This document shows positions 16,201-25,809 of a DNA stretch of 64,000 nt, in pieces. The notes below the pieces were generated by a model. It saw nothing but the letters and a program-made list of their open reading frames with translations. It did not search any database and had not been told where the DNA came from. The position numbers and the translations under genes are program-made. The first letter of the stretch is position 1. Each line of letters opens with the position of its first letter. Source of the DNA: Bacteroides sp. (lineage in GTDB: Bacteria; Bacteroidota; Bacteroidia; Bacteroidales; GCA-2748055); NCBI GenBank assembly GCA_011056635.1, contig DSEO01000153.1:7563-71562 (forward strand). The letters run 5' to 3'.

Positions 16201-17147
16201 TGCCGGCCGGTGCCACACTTACCGTAGTGGATGAAAATGATGCCTACGTACCGTTGCAACGTGTGAATTTCGATACCACCTACGTAGATGTTATGGTCAA
16301 TGATCATATATTCTTCGAGGTAATGGCCGAAGACGGCAAGACCAAGATTCTTTACCAGCTGACGCCAAACGCTTCTGAATCGGATGCGTTTGTCACGTCT
16401 GATGTGTATTTGGTAGACCAGGAAGCCGTGTTGATCAGCCTGGTACCGCAGGGCATCAGTGTCGAGTCATTCCTTGGTAACCTTGTCCCGGCTCCGGGTG
16501 CTACCTGGCAGCTGTATGACAAACTGGGTTATGAAAGGGATGAGGGAATTGTTGCCATGGACGACCGGTTGGTTGTCACAGCAGCCGACGGGGTAACCAC
16601 CAATACGTATTACCTGATCTTATTGAATGAATTGGCCAATTACCTTGCTTATGTGGTTTCTGATGTTTACGTCGTGTCCCAGGAGGAATTGACCATTTCA
16701 GGGGTAAGGGCGTCTCATTCAGTTGCCGACTTTATGAACAATGTGGAGCCTGCTGAAGGTGCCACCCTGGAAGTTCAGACCTCAACCGGAACAACCAAGA
16801 CGGATTCAGATATGATGGCCGAAGAGGACATACTGATAGTGACTGCCGGGAATGGTGTCAATACCGTGATATACGTCATCACGCTGGATTATACCGGTGT
16901 GGAAGACTATACCGGCGCAGGCATCAGTATTTATCCGAACCCGACGAGGGAAGCGCTCTATATAGCGGGGGCCGAAGTTGGAAGCAGGATTCGGGTATAC
17001 AATGCTGTGGGCATGGTCATATGTGATGTGGCTGTTCATAATAACATTGAAAAGATCTCGCTGGATGACCAGTCCAGAGGACTCTTCTTTGTTACTGTCA
17101 GTCAGAATAATGTCGTGATTGGCCGGTACAAGGTCGTCAAGAATTAA
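13287..17147 (+). CDS. Large non-catalytic secreted protein: two lamin-tail-like (LTD) domains, ~5 copies of an ~85-90-aa beta-rich repeat, T9SS C-terminal sorting domain
   Basis: Likely start MIMRLKLLLVTLLVSSGMLIAQ; the track starts at an upstream TTG at 13194. LTD-like patterns LIISEARYD..AYLELTNVGSEAINL and LLEIVNPGNQVLDLSDY. Repeats of the form Y.V....I.G......F...L....GA...V......(D/N)G......Y.I lie between ~15830 and 16900. The tail is ISIYPNPTREALYI...GLFFVTV. Confidence 0.6.
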   Translation: MIMRLKLLLVTLLVSSGMLIAQDTIRTLIISEARYDRADMAYLELTNVGSEAINLAEFEVSSMDPWTTFPDDRRWPTEPPHIDGRHVMLPDRVLEPGESFVISAFHDWVEEEYARDIAKLGWSEKEAHRTKPELKKLTDLPVHRPESPTGDPTDSVSTFRSLLESWGGRDAIFVRHYPPGADSCVIDQVGGLFTDENGSNPDGGRHDVAGVAQATNECILVRRYVVEEGNLTFVRGNDLSESEWIPIPILREGGDKYEPWRAVFWTVGNHGDFNLDETTLTSSTIDIDWTNHVLTVPWGVRNDDSIMYQFDRVPGLAWHYQYNTGETASADSAYASVRTGDSLTIYACGNDMDMIKWHIEAAPPTVDANWVIPMRIRSTNPPYEYGLNTEVYEVSHMMKEGILDTISEIPFATRTDSLLKYLEKAPNASWEFVWVDGNVRTDLKDGDLLRVTAEDGSVKDYYLKVWEYRNDDNAYLSAITWPDIPEDYRDFYDWTGDTIPFFDRGVFSYKVMVPLDVEGIPALVAKNEDDNASHQVTRATNLFGSKEDRTVTFTSTAEDDSTVYKYSVLLDKEKDPANVQPWAGEPFISQYTWKTEFNHSLLEIVNPGNQVLDLSDYMFFNAYENDPVNAIAGWDDWAQRYIKYIPGYKWQSEAEWGVQRHIAVQDINTNTFIQPGDVFVMSEVNLDQAGFENYVFYNQIDIDFRHLPWGEAYTGNTIPFSSWNGANLYMWKILNDSIKLGLKPATDPDDFLLIETWGMGDGSAFAPVGDPSGQVSSYTRKPEVYQGNPEFQGSFGATPEESEWILVNENTLQTRGYPWPQWRTLVPEGTGSHFMNDVTIYRSTVGSLVYKVSLGYSMEEDIRGVITGTTVEELFGNLILADPGQALQVLSSVDGTAIDSAAAVVNGDTLMVTSADSTNVSKYILEVTDDGLSDDAVLTSATYTITVDGETGTVGGYDYGVSVKSVLEGVDVPAGATLTVVDENDAYVPLQRVNFDTTYVDVMVNDHIFFEVMAEDGKTKILYQLTPNASESDAFVTSDVYLVDQEAVLISLVPQGISVESFLGNLVPAPGATWQLYDKLGYERDEGIVAMDDRLVVTAADGVTTNTYYLILLNELANYLAYVVSDVYVVSQEELTISGVRASHSVADFMNNVEPAEGATLEVQTSTGTTKTDSDMMAEEDILIVTAGNGVNTVIYVITLDYTGVEDYTGAGISIYPNPTREALYIAGAEVGSRIRVYNAVGMVICDVAVHNNIEKISLDDQSRGLFFVTVSQNNVVIGRYKVVKN

Positions 17148-17172
17148 TTCTGCTGACTGAACCCTTTTAATG

Positions 17173-17207
17173 AGGGGATGTTTCGCAAGGAGCATCCCCT
17201 TATTTTT
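17173..17207 (+). terminator. Intrinsic terminator after the LTD gene
   Basis: AGGGGATGTTTC-GCAA-GGAGCATCCCCT forms a 12-bp stem (two G-U pairs) with a GNRA loop, followed by TATTTTTCTTT. It lies 26 nt after the stop at 17147. Confidence 0.8.
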
Positions 17208-17224
17208 CTTTAAGCAATGAATTG

Positions 17225-19216
17225 ATGAAAGTACATATCCTGAAAGGATTGATCGTATTGGGGTGTTGTGCCACAGGATTCCTGAAGGTTACCGCACAAC
17301 TGAGTCCGCAGGATGCAGTTGCCCAGATGAAAAGGGGTATTAACCTGGGAAATACCCTCGAGCCTCCGTATGAGAACGCGTGGAACAATCCTCCTGCCGA
17401 AGAGATCTATTTTGATCTATATAAAGAAGCCGGTTTTGATGTGGTGCGAATCCCGGTTAAATGGGATACCCACACCGGTGAGAATTCCCCGTACAAGGTG
17501 GATGAAACATGGATGGACCGCGTGGAAGAAGTGGTGGACTGGGGGCTTTCCCGGGATCTTTTTGTGGTGATGAATGCCCACCATGAGGAGTGGATCAAAG
17601 AGGATTATGAGAATCCCGCCAAAAGGGACCGGTTCGACAGTATCTGGTCCCAGATCTCCACGAGATTCAGTAATAAGCCGGAGAAACTTATTTTTGAGAT
17701 CATCAATGAACCCTACGGCTTGACCAGGATCCAGAATGATGAGCTGCATGAACGGGTGCTCTCCATCATCAGGAAGACCAATCCTGTCCGGAACGTGATC
17801 ATCCAGGGTCACAACTGGGGTGGTTCGGAAGAGTTGATCCAAATGCGCATCCCGGAGGATAACCATCTGATCGGATCTTTTCATTCCTATGATCCCTGGC
17901 CTTTCGGACTTGAAGGAACGGGGAGCTTCGGATCAGACTACCAGCTGCAGGTACTGGACCAGAAATTTGCCGGGGTGAAAGCATGGTCCGGGGAACACTC
18001 CATCCCAATCTTCCTGGGAGAGTTTGGATGTAACAGATCTGCTGAATATAACTCCAGAATGAAACATTACAGGGCCTATGTAGACCTTTCGCTCTCCTAT
18101 GGATTTACTTTCTGTGCCTGGGACGATGGAGGATCCTTTCGCATCCTGCTGCGATCTTTACGGGCATGGGATGAGGTAAAGGATATCCTGATCCACAGCG
18201 GACCGGATGCGCCCACGATCACCATGCTTTCAGTAGTGCAGGACACCCTGATCAGCATTCAATGGCATACAGGCGCGTACATACATGACAGTACTTCCGT
18301 AGAAAGGAGATCCATGACAGGGACTTTCACTCCCATTGCCGTACTGCCTGCCGACAGCAGCATTTACCTGGATCACACCGCCCTGCAGGGACAATATAAC
18401 TACTATCGAATCATTTCCCATCTGCCGAATGGTGAAATGTGGCAGTCCCATCCTTTAAGGGTCTACTTAGCTGAATATCAGCCAAAAATAAGAGCTTATT
18501 TTCTGGGGGAACCGATCCATGTACCGGGTATTGTGGAAGCTGAGGATTTTGATAAAGGCGGAGAGGGACTGACCTACCACGATATGGATCCCCAGAACAT
18601 CGCAGGTGCTTACAGACCCGATGAGGGGGTGGATATATATGAGCGCAACGGAACTGGATATCATGTAGGGAATGCGCTTCCCGGAGAGTGGTGCGAATAC
18701 AGCCTCCAGGTGGAACAGGAGGGAATCTACACGCTGGATGTACAGGCCGCATCCATGGAAGGAGGGGGACAGCTTGCCATTCAGATCGGAGAAAATCCTC
18801 CGGATACCATCACCCTTCCGGCAACCTACAGCTGGCTTGAGACCGGTATCACTTCCCTGACCCTTTCCCTGAGTTCGGGAGAACAGATCATGAGAATTAC
18901 CGTGGTGGACCTTCCCCTTTTTAACCTCGACAAAATTGTATTTACGTTGAACACCATGGAGATACCAGCCTCATCAGAGCGGATTCAGGACCTGTGTGTG
19001 ATGCAGGACCCGTCAGGGGACCTGTTGGTCATGCATGCCCGCAGTTCCACATTCCGCCGGGTAGCATTGATCAGCATGTCTGGGTCCATTGTCGCCTCCT
19101 TCGCAAAGCCCGATGCAGTAGTCCGTATACCGTCGACTATGTTTTTCCCTGGCATTTACCTGGTCCGGGCCGAATGTGGTTCATTGATACACCATAAAAA
19201 AATAATGATCCACTAA
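17225..19216 (+). CDS. GH5 endoglucanase + CBM6/35-like module + T9SS C-terminal sorting domain
   Basis: GH5 motifs GINLGNTLE, VRIPVKW, acid/base FEIINEP and nucleophile FLGEFG. The CBM6-like segment reads VEAEDFDKGGEGLTYHD...GEWCEYSL. The C-terminal ~80 aa are CTD-like (FFPGIYLVRA). Confidence 0.8.
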   Translation: MKVHILKGLIVLGCCATGFLKVTAQLSPQDAVAQMKRGINLGNTLEPPYENAWNNPPAEEIYFDLYKEAGFDVVRIPVKWDTHTGENSPYKVDETWMDRVEEVVDWGLSRDLFVVMNAHHEEWIKEDYENPAKRDRFDSIWSQISTRFSNKPEKLIFEIINEPYGLTRIQNDELHERVLSIIRKTNPVRNVIIQGHNWGGSEELIQMRIPEDNHLIGSFHSYDPWPFGLEGTGSFGSDYQLQVLDQKFAGVKAWSGEHSIPIFLGEFGCNRSAEYNSRMKHYRAYVDLSLSYGFTFCAWDDGGSFRILLRSLRAWDEVKDILIHSGPDAPTITMLSVVQDTLISIQWHTGAYIHDSTSVERRSMTGTFTPIAVLPADSSIYLDHTALQGQYNYYRIISHLPNGEMWQSHPLRVYLAEYQPKIRAYFLGEPIHVPGIVEAEDFDKGGEGLTYHDMDPQNIAGAYRPDEGVDIYERNGTGYHVGNALPGEWCEYSLQVEQEGIYTLDVQAASMEGGGQLAIQIGENPPDTITLPATYSWLETGITSLTLSLSSGEQIMRITVVDLPLFNLDKIVFTLNTMEIPASSERIQDLCVMQDPSGDLLVMHARSSTFRRVALISMSGSIVASFAKPDAVVRIPSTMFFPGIYLVRAECGSLIHHKKIMIH

Positions 19217-19230
19217 CTCCATGGTGGTCT

Positions 19231-21102
19231 TTATTCCTCAAAATATTGGATGTACCAGTTATTCTCGTCCATCAGCAGGTCGTAGATTGCCTCTCTCTGT
19301 CCGGACGGGAATTTCGCCGATACCCTGCTGGCCAGGTAGGATGGGTCGTTTCTTCGTTCTGCCACGCGCATAAGGTCATAAAACCTTTCCCCCTCAAAAG
19401 CGAGTTCACGCACCCTTTCCTCCAAGATAAGATCTTCCAGATATTTTTGCTTAGCCGGGAAATTTCCTGAATAATCTTTATATCCTGTGATCGCGTTGGT
19501 AAAAGGATGGTGTAGATAGATGATATTACCTACATAGATACCATCGCGTGTGCTGCCTAATCCAACGCGACCCCTCACTCCCTGCTGGGGCCTGCTGGGC
19601 AAAACTGAATAATTGGAGCCGTCATTGACCAGGTTAACAGCTTCGGCTGTGCTGGTTCTGACAAGCCCACCCCTGAGTGCTGCCCAGTATGTGTAAACCT
19701 CTGCCAGGTAGAGGTGAATCCCGGCAGCCCGGTAAAGGATATAAAATGCATCCTGATCAAACAGCTCCCGGCCGATGGAATATTTAAATATGATCGTATC
19801 CATTCCCTCCATGATCACCCTTGAACTGTGTTCGTCCCCTTTGGCTCTCAGGGTAAACATATTCTCATAATCCTCTTCTGTGATCGGAATCCCGTTCCGT
19901 ACATAGAGATATGATGATCCAAAACCTCTATAGAAATCGGTCGGGGTGCCAGGAAATATCATCCTGGTTTTGCTGGGAAAGCTGAGGTCCTCGTCCATTA
20001 CCTGTCCGCGCCAAACGGATTCCCAGTTAAATACAGCTTTATAGCTGGGTTTCAGCATATACTGATGCGGGGTCCATGGTTCAAAGAATTGCTGAAATTG
20101 GTTTTGTTGAAAGTCTGCCTTGTTGAACCATATGGTATAGATATGTTCCCTGCTGTCCACCGAAGTAAAAATATTTCGCCAGCCCATAGAACTGAAGCTG
20201 TTGTCAAGCTGATACCTGTAATTCTCTGTGGTATTGTAAATAATCTGTTCAAAATGTTCCGCCGCCCTGACCAGGTCACCCTGGGTCAGGTACATGTGTC
20301 CGAGCAATGCATGCCTGGCCCATTCACTCCAGATGGTTACCTCCCACGAAATATCATTGTTTTCTACATAATGATTCACTCCCACTGCTTTCAGATGCTC
20401 CATCTCGTAGGTGAATCGATCAACGACCATCTCCAGGTCGTAATACTGTTTTTCCAGTTCAATGGGCTTATTCTCAATGGTATCGTTATAATAACCGTCC
20501 TTGGCAAAATCGATGTAGATGCTATCCGTATACGTACCCGATGAGTTCACATAATCTTTAATCTCATCATAGGTGGCCAGGGATTCATGAATGTAAGGCA
20601 CCTTTCCATAGATCCTTACCGCGTTAAAGTAGGTCCATGCCCTCATGCATACTGCCTCACCGTACAGCCTGTCATAGTTTGTAACCTGGCTCTCGGGATC
20701 AATTACCTCCGGATGCTCTCTTAAAATCACCCGGATAAAATTGTTACAGGCTGCAATGAGTTTAAACATATTGGTTGGATCAGCGTATTTGTTGGTCTTG
20801 GATACATTGAATTCATAAACCTCTATCATGTCCGTGCTGGCCCTGGGAGTTATGTTGACCAGATCCCCCCTCAGTTCACCAAGGATAAATAACTGTTCCA
20901 CGAGCTTTTGCTGCAGGCCGTACAGTCCCATCTCCACAGATCGATACTCATACCAGTCATCGTACAGCTGTTCCTCGGTAATATATAGTTCCTGCTCCGG
21001 ATTCAGGAACTTTTCACAGGAAGCAAACAGGAACAGGGAAATGATAGTTATCCCCAGACAAATGCTGTATTTCCTTCTCACTCTAAATCCATTTTTCACC
21101 AT
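19231..21102 (-). CDS. SusD/RagB-family outer-membrane lipoprotein
   Basis: Lipobox LFLFASC. TPR-like SusD body, including a C-terminal RVRELAFEGERFYDLMR motif. It immediately follows a SusC-like gene. Confidence 0.85.
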   Translation of the reverse strand: MVKNGFRVRRKYSICLGITIISLFLFASCEKFLNPEQELYITEEQLYDDWYEYRSVEMGLYGLQQKLVEQLFILGELRGDLVNITPRASTDMIEVYEFNVSKTNKYADPTNMFKLIAACNNFIRVILREHPEVIDPESQVTNYDRLYGEAVCMRAWTYFNAVRIYGKVPYIHESLATYDEIKDYVNSSGTYTDSIYIDFAKDGYYNDTIENKPIELEKQYYDLEMVVDRFTYEMEHLKAVGVNHYVENNDISWEVTIWSEWARHALLGHMYLTQGDLVRAAEHFEQIIYNTTENYRYQLDNSFSSMGWRNIFTSVDSREHIYTIWFNKADFQQNQFQQFFEPWTPHQYMLKPSYKAVFNWESVWRGQVMDEDLSFPSKTRMIFPGTPTDFYRGFGSSYLYVRNGIPITEEDYENMFTLRAKGDEHSSRVIMEGMDTIIFKYSIGRELFDQDAFYILYRAAGIHLYLAEVYTYWAALRGGLVRTSTAEAVNLVNDGSNYSVLPSRPQQGVRGRVGLGSTRDGIYVGNIIYLHHPFTNAITGYKDYSGNFPAKQKYLEDLILEERVRELAFEGERFYDLMRVAERRNDPSYLASRVSAKFPSGQREAIYDLLMDENNWYIQYFEE

Positions 21103-21110
21103 GATTATCC

Positions 21111-24100
21111 TTATAAACCAATTTTAATACCTGCAATGAACTGTCGTGGCTGCGGTGTTAACCCATAGTCTATCCCCAGAAAGAGTGGGGAGCTTGAATA
21201 TGCAAATTCCGGGTCATAACCCAGGTAACTTTTTTGCGTAAATATATTGCTGACCGAAATATAGAATTCTGCACTTTTAAACAGGAGGAATTGATCGGGA
21301 ACCCTGTAATAAAGCGAAATATTCTTCACCCTGAAATAGGATCCATCCTCGATCCATCTTGTAGAAAAATCGGCATTCCCCATGGGATCATTCCAGGAAG
21401 CCCTGGGTACATCTGTTTCCATGCCTTCATATTGCCACCTGTTCAACACATGAATGCTTTGATTGGACAGTCCCGACATTTCCTCATTTTTATATCGTAA
21501 ATAATTGAATATTTCATTTCCAAAGGTATAATACAAAGTAGTACTCAGCGTCCACCTTTTAAAGGACCAGACATTGGTCAGTCCCCCGAAATGATCGGGT
21601 TCAGGGGACCCGATCACCGTCTTGTCATATTCGTTGATAAAACCGTCGGGAGTCCCGTATGGTCCTGAGAGGTCCTCATACATCGCATCACCCGCGCCAT
21701 AGGGGATCCCCTTGTAATTTTTGAGATTTGCACCAGAGGCCTGTTCTGATGAAGAAAATACACCTTGATACACATAACCATAAAAACTGTTGGCCGGAAA
21801 ACCTTCCTGGATGATCTTCTGCCCGCCAGGTACATCGTATATGAGTTTATTTCCCTTGACCTCAGCTACTTCATTGCTCATCTTAGTGAAGTTGGCCTGA
21901 ATATCCCAGTGAAAAGAGGGATGATCGATGATACGCATAAAGGTACTCAGTTCAACTCCGTGGTTCAGGATCTGGCCCCCGTTCTCTATGATAAAATCAT
22001 ACCCGAAATAGGCATCTATGGGGGTGAATATGATCATGTTATCTGTTTTGGATGTAAAATAGTCCGCAGTAACCATGAACCGGTTACCCAGTAATGAAAC
22101 ATCGATACCCCCGTTAATTTGTCCAACGGTCTCGTAAGTAAGCTCATGATTGGTAAGGAGGGCGGGAAAAAGTCCGGTGGTCTGTCTGAACTTGACTACT
22201 TCATAATACTCTTTCGCACTGATTTCTCCAATATCATCATTCCCGGTTTTTCCTGCCGCGATCCTCAATTTCAGGTTTTCGATCCAGGGTAAATTTCTCA
22301 GGAATGGCTCATTGGACAACCTCCAGGCCAATCCGGCCGAATAAAACAGGCCGAACGGTTGGCCTCCGATCATGATCGTGCTGACCGCTTCATCTCCAAG
22401 CCTGGAAGAACCATCCAGGGACAGACTTGCCGATAGCAGGTATTTGTCCCTGAAGGAATAGGAAACGTTCTCATAAAAAGACACCCAGTTCCAGTTCCGG
22501 TTGTTGCCTCCAATTTCACGAAGGTTATTTTGTCCGTCCTGCAAGGCCCGGTATTCATCATTCTCATGTGCATTCTTGGTCAGGCCCCAGTCAAACTGAT
22601 ATTTGTTGGAGAGGATATTGACGCCTGTATTGGATGAGATGGAGTGGTCCGTCCCAAGCACCCTGCTGAAAAGCAGAGATGTATTGTTATACAGGGAATT
22701 CAGATCATTATTGGATGCCTTGGATACATTGAAAGCTTCCTGGTTATAATAGCGTTCCATACCCTTGTTCGGAAGAAACTGCAGCTCTTTCAGTACATCA
22801 TAATTGAGGCTGAATTTACTGATCACTCTCATGTACCTGTTAATGGTCCCTTCAATCCCAAGGGTTGCGATAAAATTATAATTGGTATTGCTTGCAGTGT
22901 AGTTTTCTATCACAGCCAGAGGATTACTGATCCCGATATCATCAACCTCGGATAGTTCAGAAATCTCTTTACCCTCTATATCATATTGGTAAGGATTAAG
23001 GAGCGGGGATTTGGCAAGGCTCGCCAGAATGGGACTGGTTTCAGCCCCCAGGGCTGATTCTTTCAATGAAGCGGAATTGTAGTTAAGTGATACACCCGCA
23101 TTCATTTTCAACCAGGTAAAAATATTCAGAAGACTGACAAACCGGAGGTTATATCCATTGAATCCGGTGTTCTGGATAATGCCGTCCCCACTCATGTATC
23201 CGAAGGAAAGTCCGTATCTTGCGATCTCATCCCCTCCTTTTACCTTCAGGTTCATACCATAGAATGAGGAATTTTGAAATATCAGCCTTTGCCAGTCCGT
23301 GTTATGCAGATAATCAATATAACGATCATCATCCTCTTCCAGGAAAAGACTGGGGTAATTTTCACGAATATCCTCCTCCCACATTCCCGAGGAAAAGAGT
23401 ATCTCATTCATCAGTGTTTTATGCTGACTTGCATTCATCTGCGGGATCAGGTTATCTGGAGACAGGGAATATCCTGCCCTGGCATTCACTTCAATACTGG
23501 TCTGGGTGACGCTGGGATCCAGCGTTTCTATGAAGATGATCCCGTTGGAGCCCTTGGAGCCGTATGCTGCACCGTATACGGGATCTTTAATAATGTTTAT
23601 ACTGGAGATGTCAAAAGGATTGACAGACAGCAGGGGATTATATTCAAACCCGCTTAAGTTGGATTCAAACAATCCCGGCGAGCTGAGCGGTATTCCGTCG
23701 ATGATGTACAGTGGCTGGTTGGTGGCGTAAATCGATCTGATCCCCCTCAGCTTGGTCACTGCCCCGCTTCCGATGTCACCAGACCGGTTAATCACTTCCA
23801 TCCCCGGAACCCGGCCCTGCATATACTGGTCAATGGTAACGGCGGAGGAATGCGGAAAATTATCGCTATTCAATTCAGTATGAGATGTGACAAGGTCCCT
23901 CCTTATTCGCATGAGAGAGAGAATGATCAGCGGATCATCGCCTGAGACCATTTCCTGATTGGAGAGAAATATGGTAATCTCCTTTCTGTTATTCAGATAA
24001 ATCCTTCTTTGTTTGTAATCCCCGGTGGGGGATATTAAAAGCCATGCCTTCCCTGAGGGGACAGTAAGGGTAAACTCTCCTGATACATCGGTAATGACCG

Positions 24101-24278
24101 GTGGCATGGTGGATCCGTCAATGGAAATGGAGACATTTTGTACAGGATCACCCCCGGAGGATTTGACAATCCCATGCAGATGAAGTGTATCCTGTCCATT
24201 CAGGCCGATCAGGGTTTGAATCAACAGGCACCCTGTAATCCACAGATATCTAGTGATTCTCATGCTGTTATTCATCAT
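21111..24278 (-). CDS. SusC-like TonB-dependent transporter
   Basis: Carboxypeptidase-regulatory-like N-domain (GIVKSSGGDPVQNVSISI...DVSGEFTL). Plug region (IIDGIPLS...GSKGSNGIIFIET). Beta-barrel ending in AGIKIGL. No STN domain. Confidence 0.9.
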   Translation of the reverse strand: MMNNSMRITRYLWITGCLLIQTLIGLNGQDTLHLHGIVKSSGGDPVQNVSISIDGSTMPPVITDVSGEFTLTVPSGKAWLLISPTGDYKQRRIYLNNRKEITIFLSNQEMVSGDDPLIILSLMRIRRDLVTSHTELNSDNFPHSSAVTIDQYMQGRVPGMEVINRSGDIGSGAVTKLRGIRSIYATNQPLYIIDGIPLSSPGLFESNLSGFEYNPLLSVNPFDISSINIIKDPVYGAAYGSKGSNGIIFIETLDPSVTQTSIEVNARAGYSLSPDNLIPQMNASQHKTLMNEILFSSGMWEEDIRENYPSLFLEEDDDRYIDYLHNTDWQRLIFQNSSFYGMNLKVKGGDEIARYGLSFGYMSGDGIIQNTGFNGYNLRFVSLLNIFTWLKMNAGVSLNYNSASLKESALGAETSPILASLAKSPLLNPYQYDIEGKEISELSEVDDIGISNPLAVIENYTASNTNYNFIATLGIEGTINRYMRVISKFSLNYDVLKELQFLPNKGMERYYNQEAFNVSKASNNDLNSLYNNTSLLFSRVLGTDHSISSNTGVNILSNKYQFDWGLTKNAHENDEYRALQDGQNNLREIGGNNRNWNWVSFYENVSYSFRDKYLLSASLSLDGSSRLGDEAVSTIMIGGQPFGLFYSAGLAWRLSNEPFLRNLPWIENLKLRIAAGKTGNDDIGEISAKEYYEVVKFRQTTGLFPALLTNHELTYETVGQINGGIDVSLLGNRFMVTADYFTSKTDNMIIFTPIDAYFGYDFIIENGGQILNHGVELSTFMRIIDHPSFHWDIQANFTKMSNEVAEVKGNKLIYDVPGGQKIIQEGFPANSFYGYVYQGVFSSSEQASGANLKNYKGIPYGAGDAMYEDLSGPYGTPDGFINEYDKTVIGSPEPDHFGGLTNVWSFKRWTLSTTLYYTFGNEIFNYLRYKNEEMSGLSNQSIHVLNRWQYEGMETDVPRASWNDPMGNADFSTRWIEDGSYFRVKNISLYYRVPDQFLLFKSAEFYISVSNIFTQKSYLGYDPEFAYSSSPLFLGIDYGLTPQPRQFIAGIKIGL

Positions 24279-25803
24279 AAGGAATAAAGTCTATATAATC
24301 AATGACCAGGCCATTGGAGGTTACCTGCCCCGGTCCCACGTAAACAAATTTCACTGTCAGGTCTCCGTATTCGTTCTTGTTGTCAACCCAGCAATCCCAT
24401 CGGTTAAAACTACCCTCCGGTCTGTATCTTATCCCTGTCACACTTCTCCAGAGCTCCCTGTTAATGACATAATCGAAGTAATCGATTTCAGCGACAAGTT
24501 CATTATTCACATACACCTCATAGATCCCTCCCACGTACATATGGGTTCTGACAACCATCAGGTATTTTCTTGGAAAGAGGGTTTTAATATTGAACTCCAG
24601 AGAGAAATTCCCATTGTATCCCTTTGTAAAGCTTACTCTCATCAGGGAATCATTGGAAGAAGTGGCTCCATACTCTTTCAGTGGTGCGAACGAAACGTCA
24701 CTTGTCACGGTAACCTCCTCTCTCCAGGCATATCTGTTTATTCCAATTTCCTGGAGCAGCCATTCCCCTTCCATCCTGTTAGCACCTTTAAATAATGTAT
24801 CAGGAACCACAAAATCCTCATAGTTATAAGCATATCCATTGCTGCAAAGGACTTTATCGGCAGGTGTATAATAAATGTACACGCTGTCTCCCAGGATATT
24901 CTTCATCTTCAGGGTATCAGGTAAGGGGGGTGGAATAAATACTTCCGGTTCAAGCATATTATCAAATACCCCGCGATCCAGCAAGTACGGTATAAGCACA
25001 TCATATTGCCAGGTTAACGGAATATCCGAATAATCCTGATACAGACTCCCGAGAGACTGTGCCATATCAGTCAGCGCTGCATTGTAATCATCCTCTCTGG
25101 GGAAAACGATTGTTGCCGTCTTGTTCCGGAATTCCTTGCTTACCGGGAAAAATTCATACTCAAACATATTGAAGATCTCAGCAACCGTATCGTATATGGT
25201 GTTGCCAAATTCATCAAAACCTATCGCCCGGCTCAGCTCTTTGTCAATGATGACAGAATCGTGACTATCGATATAGGCGGTCAATATGGGATTTTCTGAT
25301 GCAAAAAATTCGTAAAGATTGGGCCTGGGCACGGCTACCCGTTCCATTACATAATATTTGCCATTTTTGTAAAGCGGACTCTCCAGCGCAACAGGAATTC
25401 CGTCGAAGTAAATAGCTCCACCTGTATTTTCAAAAAGGGCATACTTTTCAGAAAGGGTCTGGACCATCTTTTTACCCGAAATGCTCCTGGACTGGATCAA
25501 GTGACGTGAAATTTGATAGCCTAAAATGAACGGTGACACTGATCCCGTATCCGTAAAATTAGTTATCGCCTGGTTATCCGGAATAAACAGCGTATAGGGG
25601 TCATCTTTCAGGAATAATGTATCATACCTGAACTCCTTCATGTATTGTACATAAAGTGATAGATCCGGATGCTGCTTTATCGCCTCCCAGATATTCATAT
25701 CTACCGTTTCAGATTGTTTCTGGTAATGCTCATTCCACCTATCTTCGCAGGAGTAAAGGAAGAAAAGGAGCATTCCCACAGCTGAATATTTGATCAAATT
25801 CAT
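24268..25803 (-). CDS. Fasciclin (FAS1) domain lipoprotein
   Basis: Lipobox LFFLYSC. FAS1 signature YTLFIPDNQAITNF. Confidence 0.65.
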   Translation of the reverse strand: MNLIKYSAVGMLLFFLYSCEDRWNEHYQKQSETVDMNIWEAIKQHPDLSLYVQYMKEFRYDTLFLKDDPYTLFIPDNQAITNFTDTGSVSPFILGYQISRHLIQSRSISGKKMVQTLSEKYALFENTGGAIYFDGIPVALESPLYKNGKYYVMERVAVPRPNLYEFFASENPILTAYIDSHDSVIIDKELSRAIGFDEFGNTIYDTVAEIFNMFEYEFFPVSKEFRNKTATIVFPREDDYNAALTDMAQSLGSLYQDYSDIPLTWQYDVLIPYLLDRGVFDNMLEPEVFIPPPLPDTLKMKNILGDSVYIYYTPADKVLCSNGYAYNYEDFVVPDTLFKGANRMEGEWLLQEIGINRYAWREEVTVTSDVSFAPLKEYGATSSNDSLMRVSFTKGYNGNFSLEFNIKTLFPRKYLMVVRTHMYVGGIYEVYVNNELVAEIDYFDYVINRELWRSVTGIRYRPEGSFNRWDCWVDNKNEYGDLTVKFVYVGPGQVTSNGLVIDYIDFIPYDE

Positions 25804-25809
25804 AGCCAG

